Source: Acidobacteriota bacterium (GTDB lineage Bacteria; Acidobacteriota; UBA890; WLXD01). Taken from it: 64,000 bases of DNA. Shown here piece by piece: positions 50,101 to 57,183 of the stretch. Under the pieces are notes generated by a model, which searched no databases, was not told the DNA's origin, and saw only the letters and a program-made list of their open reading frames with translations. The first letter of the stretch is position 1; the number at the start of each line of letters is the position of its first letter. The position numbers and the translations under genes are program-made. The DNA is taken from positions 480,001 through 544,000 of the forward strand of contig CAXWPH010000014.1 in assembly GCA_963666055.2 (NCBI GenBank), given 5' to 3'.

Positions 50101-52941
50101 GCGCGCTCCGGTATCCAGGAAATACTCGAGGACGCAGTGGCGTTCTTCAGCGAGACGCGACCCAGCGCGTACCCGAAGCAGGGAGCGCCGGCGACCGCGC
50201 TGCAGACCTACTGGATGGGACGCCTTACCGAGGAGCTCATCGGCACCGCCGCCGTTGCCAACGAGCTGATCGGCCTGTTCGACCATCCACTAACCAAGAA
50301 CGTGCGCATGGAGTCAGCGATCGGCAAGTACTACGGCAGCGAGGCGCTGCACGACGGCATCGAGTGGATGGAGCGATTGCGTGGGCTCGATGGCTTGACC
50401 CACCGCCATCGCATCGAGAAGACGCGCCGTGACGCGCGGGTGCTCAACATCTACGAAGGCACCAACGAAGTTCAGCGCTACCTGTTGTTGCGCGACCTGG
50501 CGCAGCGCGTGCTGCCGGCGTGGAAGGCGGCTCAGAAAGATAGCGACGGCGCGGAAGTAGACACGGCCGGCGCGCATCCCGATCTGCGCCGGCAGCTAGA
50601 GGACGTCAAGCAGCGCCTGATGTCACGGCTGCAGGACGCCGACGCGGCGTTCGGCCAACTCATCTGGTCGAACGTCAATCTACAGCCGTGCTTCTTTTGG
50701 CTGGCCGAGATTTCCGGCCTCATCAAGGTGATGGACGCGGTGCTGTATCGCCTCGAATGGCTGGCCGCCCACGACGTGGCCGCCGTGTACCGCGAGCGCC
50801 TCGAGCGCGCTTCGCGCCTGGCATTTCGCCGTTGCGGGGTGCGCATCGACACGCTCGAGCGTTTGTTCACTGCTGCCCACGCCTATCTGCAGGACGGGCG
50901 CTACCCGCCGGATGTGCAGCTCGGGTTCCTGGCTCTCGACGAGGCCGGCGTCATCGCCGAGGCGTGGGGGGTCATGCCCGCGTCGCGTCGCCCGCAGCCG
51001 GAACTACCGCCGCTGGCCGACGATGTGCGCATCGTCGTACTCATCAAGTCGGTGCCCTCGGTTGCCCCGCGGCCGCGGGTCGGCCATGAGTCGTTCGAGG
51101 AATCGCTGCACTCAATCGACCAGGTCGACGTCCGATCGCTGCAGATGGCGCTCGATCTCAAGCGCCGAGATCCGGCGCGGGTAACCGTGGCCGCTTATAC
51201 GCTGGCTGGGGCCACCGGCAACGAGGCACTCCGCCAGGCATTGGCGATGGGAGCCGACGAAGCGCAGATTCTGGTGGGTGGCGAGACGGTACCGGTTCAA
51301 GACCCCGCCCGGGTGGCGCGCATTGTCGGAGGTTGGCTGCAGGACAAGCCGGCCGACATCGTGTTCTGCGGCGCCGCCGCTTCGGACACCTCGCAAGGTA
51401 TCGTCGGCCCCGCACTCGCCGGTGCTCTGGGCCGTGAGTTTCTCGCCGGCGTTACGGAAGTGCGCTGGAGTCCGGCGCCGGAGCCGCTGTTGCACGTCGG
51501 CGCAAGCGGTTGGCAAGGTCACCACATCGATGTGCCGGTGCCCTGCGTCATCGCGACGGCGGCGCACGCCGAGCACGCCGAGGCCGAATACCGGGTCGGT
51601 GGTTTCGTGGCCGCGTTAGCGGCAGCAATCGGCAGGCTCGAGGCCCGCGATTCGGAAGTCGGTGCTTTGCGTGTTGCCCACGTGCCTCGTGCCATTGCCG
51701 GCGGCGGCACTACGGTTCAGATCGCCCGCACGCCGGAGGATGCCGCCGATGTGTTGTTGCGCACGTCCGGGCTGACCGATGCGGTGTCGAGTTCCGAGGC
51801 CGATTCCTACGCCGGCGATCCGGCCGGCTTCGGCCAGCAGCCGGAAGACCCGTCTCCTGTCTGCCTGTTCGTTTGCGCGCCTGTGGCCGCCACCGACATG
51901 GAATCGTCCACGCAGGCGTCCCTGGAATCGGCTGCTCGTCTGGCGGCCGGCGTCGACTTGCCGCTGGACGTGGTGTTGCCGGTGACGGGTCCCGAGGCTC
52001 TCGCTGCGGGAGTGGGGCAGGTGATTGCCGATGTCGGGCCACGGCGCATCTATGTGCTGGAGCAGGCCGACATCGATCGGCTCGGCTACCGAGGTCACAT
52101 CGAGTGGCTCGAGGAGTTCTGGGGCATGTACCGTGGCCAGCCCGAATGGCTGCTCGGGCCGGAATGGGCACGCACGCTGTTCGCCTACTTCGGCGGCCAG
52201 GGACCGCCCGCCGTAGAAAGGAGCTGGTCCTGGTTCGGTGTCGAGCGGGTGAGCAATGGTGGACCGGAGATCCGACTCGGCACATCCATTCTCGACGGTG
52301 CGGCTCGCGCCGTCGCGACGGTGCCGAAAACAGGCGGCTTGCGCATCGTCACGTTTGCCGGCGCCGCCGCAATCGATCTGCCGGACATCGCGAGCTCCGC
52401 TGATGCGACGCAAGTGTTTGCCTACCAACCGCGGCTCGACTACGACCTCGCGTCCGATCCGGCGGCGGCTCTGATGAGTCGCCTGGGCGGCGGAGAGCTG
52501 ACGCTGCAGGCGGCCGAATACATCGTCGATTTCGGCTATGGCGCCGGGGGTCGGGAGGGCCTCGCGGAACTCGCCGAGCCGCTCTTGAGCATCCTGGCAG
52601 ACGAGCTCGGGCTGCCCAACGCGATGATCGGCGCGACGCGCAAGGTCACGCAAGATCTCGAAGTGCTGCCCATGGATCGCCAGATCGGACAGACCGGTGT
52701 GCGTGTACACCCCAAGGTGCTGGTAGCGCTGGCAGTTTCAGGCGCCCCGCAACACGTCGACTGGATCGACGACGAGACTGTCATCCTCGCCTTCAACGTC
52801 GACCCCGACGCGCCCCTGATGAGGCTCAACGAGCAGCGCCCGAATCCGGTGGTTCATCCGATCGTGGGTGACGTTTGGGAAACCATCCCGCGGTTTATGG
52901 CCGCCCTGCGCGCGGGCGAGCGGGCGCAAGGATCGCGATGA
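44191..52941 (+). CDS. 2916-aa fusion: FixC-like flavoprotein / FixX ferredoxin / two acyl-CoA dehydrogenase domains / EtfB / EtfA
   Basis: GGGPAG; CPAKVY..NCVKCETC; QF..IAKFGAV..YYRD; FALTEP..GSD, KMWITNG, IYEGTNE; ALAMGAD, FCG..D..GIVG; RQIGQTG..SGAPQH. Confidence 0.92.
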   Translation: MEQNRFDVIVVGGGPAGITAATALGRAGFSVLVCEAAVYPGAENWSGAVYFAENIEAPEAFGRAAIESGPIERPLVERGFYSYNGHSMLGAALRDPKVFRSCYTVLRPVFDRYLAELAREHGVVLLCETTVQSLIRHQGRIIGVHTERGPAYADVVFLAEGDASHLVTQEGYERVGPDAGEGGSESGPHFLQGVKEVVSLSPEIIEERFGLPAGGGGAYEILLRNGTRHGRTVRLNMGGFIYTNRDSLSLGFVLPVDNLAENFDGDHNLLMEWFKGLPEIERWIDGGEVTSYGAKIIRGGGLREIPRLIDDGLAIGGAASGIGLDFPYPNFTGPATAMGLLFAAAVQKIAADNGGPGGGSGDCPFSAAALEQTYVRPLQRTHYYRNVERLADWPGYIERTRFFFDQQVDLANSVAFIVSRPDISAPRRWWEALRLERRLIVTKHFKSVLADLRENSGALGLGRAAREGFGIGTPVRWLFNTVSALLPSRRTSIGGDKSTGVAIATTPGGGEFRVTYRVLAGAEVPGRLPLVARWYWKRFGPAMGDAFADVYTNDDEPLDTKLPRALGRLIDQFSAWDAVLSVVSLVAGALTLLAQSSIEWFQYAVLKKDLSAFREQFVARLLDDNRRRIRLDDDAVEIRTSYEHKLGTIRYRVGQHSHIKVLWPDDLAARGELVDSPLWNVCPAKVYEVDRNPRGMPGVVVNFDNCVKCETCWRATPDVHWSRATQQRLIYETYTPTHAELRNYLLTRTEPVARLRRLPSYWEAYWSGSSDLSTSSEQAALLTGVEAELRRFSAALDGYSQALGDSPPALEQGERYYLEELLASATRRFEAARALWQTEALESLRAAADGAAAVWADAAERVEELARHAAAKRYFWSDVVGKQLREHHVEGLLVLLRREAAGVDQLAPQHGLPSEPCEAWSWIAGWPAVECRPLAFETHRKTIRDWCDAHVDSAVLNRLEEGLPISTELRDWLAAELRTAVASGRDGETWSDPANRATPATPRYGQRDVLLEELSACDPSLAALAAQHLLACDLLDGVAAADPTLIDNLRAGRQLATVVSQGAICNELIVSGKAAEGVAAVAAEAGVELHGVAPLVATALADWLLVVRDNRGYLVPIDDPGVKLEDVGCIGLVGAAVRRVIFDGCVVPPEHLFDVPSIDERSAFTAPAVGEPFADLLRIGVLDHLAIVRGAGTYLTQRAREHAATRVQFPDSFQDEAGRDTIAKFGAVKRLMAEMEAQRILVESLSIIDPGPTDDPWIGAAVRKVLAADAFGPNRGSLGYNCGQVFAGTAFSEDDCIAKYYRDSSPFRFLLAHDDALRVEIGRRRLAAVRQGNSLVPLSPGEAAWLGALGDEAPLAAAVPRWEAACAKIDGWADSVAAADEPMAELLCFQAGGVVASALAVKVCLLRTGWRLESGLPAQATRAATNLLNDEFCAAVPGVIDDAQLLAETLEVGDETIIHGDFEPAADIADAEPYRAVLETDHGADSGEWLVGGFDGERLRYVPEILWNDPELGAFRDRVEAEQRRRYVEPRFDGLTYNRYLEKLHIVPRDDLDYLVDEGFLRMPIPTSLGGEGVLKALYYIVCEMTGRYGDAALSLAIMANTSIGTTPMLLGLKQDLPRARAELERVKGDPTLLGEIHDGLDKLIAGMARPDLEALQRDYLALMELVKARIVKSSVLKYIGGGFLRAFFAAGQAGEQRDLDSFADNLRQARERLDEILEGVEDRLIEYPRRERAHELFLKMISAGYISAFALTEPTAGSDSGGVKTSARLDRRRVYCDDDGVLYFWLDDKAESERRNLLDADRVGFDFDRHKMLYRFSEDAEAAEINHDAFDYDSRELPSKWRTYRHGDRDVAFTDIAQIREDEAGDLWYEYWELNGVKMWITNGRFAHCFALYATTEPEGVTGFMVDRHAEGMVVGADEEKLGQRASPTNELSLTGVRVPRECIIGFRGRGQVNALETLNTGRTGLAVTARSGIQEILEDAVAFFSETRPSAYPKQGAPATALQTYWMGRLTEELIGTAAVANELIGLFDHPLTKNVRMESAIGKYYGSEALHDGIEWMERLRGLDGLTHRHRIEKTRRDARVLNIYEGTNEVQRYLLLRDLAQRVLPAWKAAQKDSDGAEVDTAGAHPDLRRQLEDVKQRLMSRLQDADAAFGQLIWSNVNLQPCFFWLAEISGLIKVMDAVLYRLEWLAAHDVAAVYRERLERASRLAFRRCGVRIDTLERLFTAAHAYLQDGRYPPDVQLGFLALDEAGVIAEAWGVMPASRRPQPELPPLADDVRIVVLIKSVPSVAPRPRVGHESFEESLHSIDQVDVRSLQMALDLKRRDPARVTVAAYTLAGATGNEALRQALAMGADEAQILVGGETVPVQDPARVARIVGGWLQDKPADIVFCGAAASDTSQGIVGPALAGALGREFLAGVTEVRWSPAPEPLLHVGASGWQGHHIDVPVPCVIATAAHAEHAEAEYRVGGFVAALAAAIGRLEARDSEVGALRVAHVPRAIAGGGTTVQIARTPEDAADVLLRTSGLTDAVSSSEADSYAGDPAGFGQQPEDPSPVCLFVCAPVAATDMESSTQASLESAARLAAGVDLPLDVVLPVTGPEALAAGVGQVIADVGPRRIYVLEQADIDRLGYRGHIEWLEEFWGMYRGQPEWLLGPEWARTLFAYFGGQGPPAVERSWSWFGVERVSNGGPEIRLGTSILDGAARAVATVPKTGGLRIVTFAGAAAIDLPDIASSADATQVFAYQPRLDYDLASDPAAALMSRLGGGELTLQAAEYIVDFGYGAGGREGLAELAEPLLSILADELGLPNAMIGATRKVTQDLEVLPMDRQIGQTGVRVHPKVLVALAVSGAPQHVDWIDDETVILAFNVDPDAPLMRLNEQRPNPVVHPIVGDVWETIPRFMAALRAGERAQGSR

Positions 52942-52954
52942 CTGCGTTGCGCTT

Positions 52955-53000
52955 GATTCGAGTGCTCGACGTACATTAAGTACGCCTGCGCGCTCGAATC
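52955..53000. repeat. Intergenic hairpin between convergent genes
   Basis: GATTCGAG..CGTAC-ATTAA-GTACG..CTCGAATC. Confidence 0.5.
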
Positions 53001-53091
53001 TGCGCGCGCCTTGTCCTCGCGAGCCTTGCGCCCGCTCGCCTCTACCGGCGCTTGGCTACGACCCGGCCGTGCCTGCTCGCTTCACGACCCT

Positions 53092-53301
53092 TTAGCGGCG
53101 CTTGGCTACCACCCATAGCGAGTTGTGCTCGCCGGTGTCGAAGTTCGCGCCCTTTGATTCGAGCTCCTCGACGGTGAGGTTGTAGGTGGCGCCGTCGGCG
53201 TAGGCGAGCAGCAGACGCCCGCACTCATCACAGGTGGCGATGTCGCGGTGCTTCGCCAGATTCTTCTCAGCTTCTTGCTCGCAGCAGTGCTTCAGGGGCA
53301 T
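53092..53301 (-). CDS. Small Cys-rich hypothetical protein
   Basis: HCC..CDECG; codon usage looks coding. Confidence 0.65.
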   Translation of the reverse strand: MPLKHCCEQEAEKNLAKHRDIATCDECGRLLLAYADGATYNLTVEELESKGANFDTGEHNSLWVVAKRR

Positions 53302-53402
53302 GTCGGGTGATGGCGCTTCCACCAGTCTGTGAAACGAGGGCTCGAACCATTGTAGTCTGTATCCAGAGCTGCGGTTTCCAGCTGACTAAGAGTCAATCTG
53401 TG

Positions 53403-53746
53403 ATGCGCAATCTCAAGGCAGCCACGGCGGTTTGCGGCGTCATCGGGGCGTTGGCGGTCGCAATTGTTACTCCGCTGGCCATCGCCGCGGCCAGTGGGCC
53501 ATCTTGCAGCGCGACCGGCTCGCCAGCCTGCGCCGCTATTACGACCAGAGCACCGTGCGCATCGGTGAGTCGATGCAGCTGGAGATCGGCGGCCGTACGC
53601 TCAACGTGCGACGTCTCCACATCAGTGGGCCGATTCGTACCGGTTACGTCAACGAGTTCGGCCACGTGGTTCGCCTCGATCTCGATCCCGACCCGTGGAC
53701 GCGGAACGACCGCCACATTCGGATGCTCTTTCCGTCGGAGTACTAG
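53403..53746 (+). pseudogene. Internally deleted paralog of the next gene
   Basis: Signal peptide in one frame; C-terminus LDPDPWTRNDRHIRMLFPSEY in another. Confidence 0.6.
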
Positions 53747-53786
53747 CCGGCCATGGTGCTGAAAAACTGCGTACGGCAGTAGCCTC

Positions 53787-54812
53787 ATGTTTCTCGCCCG
53801 CCCGACGCCGATCCTGACTCTCGTCATCTGGTCGCTGGTCACCGGTGGCGCGACGCCGCCGGCCGCGCCGGTGACCAAGGCGCAGTACAGCGAGGTGTTC
53901 GGGTATCAACTCGGGGAGGAGCGCCATTACATCCTCGAGCCCGACAAGGCGCTGCGCCCGGGGGAGCACGGCATGTGGAGCATTCGCTTCGCAGACGTCG
54001 CCGGTGAAGGCGAGGACCTGAGGTTCATCTTCAATCTGGAGCACGAGCGCAGCGAGCTGATTCGGGACATGTTCGGCGGCCTTTCCGGCCGCCTTCAGAC
54101 AATCCGCGTCGAGTCCGTCCTTACGCTCAACGCTTTCGGGTTCCCGCTGCGTGTGGTGATGAGCGAGCAGCACGAAGTCGCCGGCGAACGCCGCACCGAG
54201 AGCGACATGCGAACCACGATCTTCACGTTCGACGGCGAGCGCTACACCAAGGCCGTGCGCATCGAAGGCCGCGAGTGGCGCTTTCCGATCAGCATCGCCA
54301 AGAACAAGGATCTCAACCTCGAAAGCCGAACCGGTCTGTACACGTTTCTGCCCTCGGCGCTGCGCTGTATGGGCCAGCCGGCGATGATCGGCAGGCCGCG
54401 GCGCTGTGAAGAGGGCGACATCACGTTCGCCAACCCGGGGTTGTTGAGCATCGTGATTCCGGTTCTGCGGGAGGAGAAGGTCAACAAGCGCGAGTTCCTG
54501 TTCTTCAAGCCGGCGGGCGTGGGCACGATGCCGGCCGGGCTGATGGACATGAGCGGCTGGGTGCGACGCGAACGCGACACGCAGCGCAGCATCTCGCGCT
54601 ACTTCGACAAGATGACCATCGAGTTCGAAGCGTACGAAGAGGGCGTCGAGATGGGCGTGCGCACGGTGAGCGCGTGGCGAGTCGAAGCCAGCGGCTCGAT
54701 GCGCAAGTTCTGGGTCGACGCCGAAGACCGGGTCATCAAGGTCGAGCTCGACCCGCACCCGCGCACCAACCAGAAGCGCTGGATCCGCATGCTGTACCCT
54801 TCGGAGTACTGA
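53787..54812 (+). CDS. Secreted hypothetical protein
   Basis: Signal peptide, beta-rich, ends LDPHPRTNQKRWIRMLYPSEY. Confidence 0.8.
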   Translation: MFLARPTPILTLVIWSLVTGGATPPAAPVTKAQYSEVFGYQLGEERHYILEPDKALRPGEHGMWSIRFADVAGEGEDLRFIFNLEHERSELIRDMFGGLSGRLQTIRVESVLTLNAFGFPLRVVMSEQHEVAGERRTESDMRTTIFTFDGERYTKAVRIEGREWRFPISIAKNKDLNLESRTGLYTFLPSALRCMGQPAMIGRPRRCEEGDITFANPGLLSIVIPVLREEKVNKREFLFFKPAGVGTMPAGLMDMSGWVRRERDTQRSISRYFDKMTIEFEAYEEGVEMGVRTVSAWRVEASGSMRKFWVDAEDRVIKVELDPHPRTNQKRWIRMLYPSEY

Positions 54813-54887
54813 CGAGCCCGACCAAGCGCAATGCCCCAGAGGCGGGCTTCTCGGTGCCCGTAGCAGGAGAGCGTTGAGATGTGCGGG

Positions 54888-55892
54888 CTAGCGTTCGATC
54901 GGCCGGGCGCGGCGCGGGCCCTCTGATTGGCCGTTGAGCGTCCAGTCGTAGTCGATGAAGCGGACGCGTAGCGAGTCGCGATTCTCGCGGATCCAGACGG
55001 CCTCGTCGGCCGGGGCGTATTGCAACACCCAGTCCACGACGTCGTTCTTCTCGGCCTCGAAATCACCGCCGTACCAGTCGAAGTAGCTCGACAGGTACAG
55101 GATGTTCTCTTCTCGATCGATCTGCAGGGCGCGCGGGCTGCTCAAGAACTCGAGCGATAGCTCTGTCATCAGCGGGTCGAGGTCCTCGGCGACATAGGGC
55201 CGGCGCAATAGCCGTGGGCAGCCGAAAGCGCCGCACACCAGCGTCCAGTGGAGCCGAGCGTCGGGAAAATCAGCGCGCAGGATGTCGTGCTCGATGTTGT
55301 CGAGCGTGCGGTCGACACCGCCGACGCGGTTCTCCTGCTTGAAGAAACCGGCGACCAGGCCGAACAGCCGATCCAGATCGCGAACGCTGTCGAGCGGGTA
55401 ACGCTCGACCACCTGCCACACGACGACCGCGTTGTAGGCGTTCATCCAGAACGCCATCTTCTCGTTGTCGCTCGCCAGCCTGTCGGGGTCGACGTTGCCG
55501 ATGGCCTCGATGAACGTTTGCAGGTCGGCGCGCCCGGGGCCGGTGAGCCCCTCGTAGTCGACCAAACCCTCACCGTCGACGTAGTCCTCGAGCACACGCG
55601 CCCACGGGTCGTAAAGCGGGTTGTCGGTGCCGATCTCTGCCCAGGTCTGGCGGGAGAGTTGTGCCTCGGCGCCGGCGCTCTCATCCTCACTCGGGGTCAT
55701 CTGCGCGCCCGCCGCGTCCGCCGTGGGCTTTTCGCCGGCCGCAGCAGTGGCGGAACCCGCGTTCGGTGTCGAGGCGTCGGCCCTTTGTGCGGCGGGGGGA
55801 GCGGGAGTGTCCCCTTGGCATGCAGCCGCCACAAGAATCAGGCCCGGCACCAGCACTGCAAGCGCGGCGATCGAAAGTCGTCGTCGGAACAT
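54888..55892 (-). CDS. DUF547-domain lipoprotein
   Basis: Lipobox AAAC, AFWMNAYNA, LDNIEH, DARLHW.LVCGAFGCP, YDWTLN. Confidence 0.92.
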   Translation of the reverse strand: MFRRRLSIAALAVLVPGLILVAAACQGDTPAPPAAQRADASTPNAGSATAAAGEKPTADAAGAQMTPSEDESAGAEAQLSRQTWAEIGTDNPLYDPWARVLEDYVDGEGLVDYEGLTGPGRADLQTFIEAIGNVDPDRLASDNEKMAFWMNAYNAVVVWQVVERYPLDSVRDLDRLFGLVAGFFKQENRVGGVDRTLDNIEHDILRADFPDARLHWTLVCGAFGCPRLLRRPYVAEDLDPLMTELSLEFLSSPRALQIDREENILYLSSYFDWYGGDFEAEKNDVVDWVLQYAPADEAVWIRENRDSLRVRFIDYDWTLNGQSEGPRRARPIER

Positions 55893-55974
55893 CGCGGAGT
55901 CCTTAATTCGTGGGGTGCAGGCGGTGGCCTGCGGAGATCCTACAGGCTAGTTGGCGCCGCGAGGAGTTTCGGTT

Positions 55975-56211
55975 TCAGTCGATTCCGAGTCGCTCGCCCA
56001 GCCAATCAGCGTCGAAGCCGACGATCACCTCACCGTCGACAACTACGGTCGGGGTGGCGGCCGGCCCGCCGGTGACGGCGCGTAGCTCACCCATCGGATC
56101 GTCGAAATCTTCGATGTGGATCTCCTCGAATGCGACGTCGTGCCGGCGAAGGAACTCCTTCGCTTGCTCGCACGGCATTCAGTAACGGCTCGTGTAAACC
56201 TGGATATCCAT
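55975..56211 (-). CDS. Glutaredoxin/NrdH-like selenoprotein (UMPC)
   Basis: MDIQVYTSRY-TGA-MPCEQAKEFL..TP..GFD; TGA at 56179-56181; hairpin downstream. Confidence 0.85.
56140..56173 (-). promoter_or_regulatory. Bacterial SECIS-like hairpin
   Basis: GTGC..GCGAAGG-AGTT-CCTTCGC..GCAC; loop about 23 nt after the UGA. Confidence 0.65.
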
Positions 56212-56339
56212 TGAAACGAGTATCAGCCCAATTGTGTGGAGGGGCAACGTGTGGACACAGAGACCCTTCGAGTCTGCGGCGGCGACGCGCTAAGATTCGC
56301 TTCGCCAACGCTCGCCGCTACCGCAGACAAGGAAGTGCG

Positions 56340-57083
56340 ATGTTTTTCCGCCAATACTTGGACCAAGACCCGGTGGTGGCCGTGTCATATTTGTTCGGCT
56401 GCCCGACGCAGGAAATCGGCGCCGTCGTGGATCCCATCGGGGACATCGAGCGCTACCTGAAGGAGTCGGAGGCGGGGAACGTGCCCATCCGCTACGTGAT
56501 CGAAACGCACATGCACGCCGATCACATCTCGAGCGGGCGCGAGCTCGCAAAGGCGGTCGGAGCGGAGTATGTGCTCTTCGCCGGCACCGAGGCCAGCTAT
56601 TCGTTCCGCGGCGTGGAAGACGGTGAGGTCTTGGACATCGGCAACACGCAGGCCGAGGTTCTCCACACCCCGGGGCATACGCCAGAGCACATTTCCCTGG
56701 TCGTGACAGATCACAGCAGAGGCGACGAGCCGTGGTTCGTGCTCACCGGCCACACGCTCATGGTGGGCGACATGGGACGAACGGAGCTCGCGACATCGGC
56801 CGAAGAAGGGGCCGAGGCTCTCTTCGAGAGCGCCACGCGGCTGCGTGGCCTGCCGGACCATCTGGAGGTGATGCCGGGGGCCTTCTCCGGCTCCGTTTGT
56901 GGGCGCGGACTCAGTGGGAGGCCGAGCTCGACGATCGGTTTCGAGCGCCGCCACAACCGTGCGTTCTCTCTGGAGAATCAAGAGGAGTTCATCCGCCTGA
57001 TGCTCGCCGAGATCCCGGCTCGGCCGCTCCAGGCCGAGCGGATCCGCGCCACGAACCTCGGACTCGATTCCGCTACCGCCTAG
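56340..57083 (+). CDS. MBL-fold hydrolase, persulfide dioxygenase-like
   Basis: SYLFGC, ETHMHADHISS, TPGHTPEH, STIGFE. Confidence 0.88.
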   Translation: MFFRQYLDQDPVVAVSYLFGCPTQEIGAVVDPIGDIERYLKESEAGNVPIRYVIETHMHADHISSGRELAKAVGAEYVLFAGTEASYSFRGVEDGEVLDIGNTQAEVLHTPGHTPEHISLVVTDHSRGDEPWFVLTGHTLMVGDMGRTELATSAEEGAEALFESATRLRGLPDHLEVMPGAFSGSVCGRGLSGRPSSTIGFERRHNRAFSLENQEEFIRLMLAEIPARPLQAERIRATNLGLDSATA

Positions 57084-57183
57084 TGGGTGAGGGGGCCGGA
57101 GCGGATTGTCAGCTACTCCTTGACGCTTGCGGTGCTCTGCGCCTAGCCTGACGTACAAGAATGGCAGCGTTCGACGATAGCCT

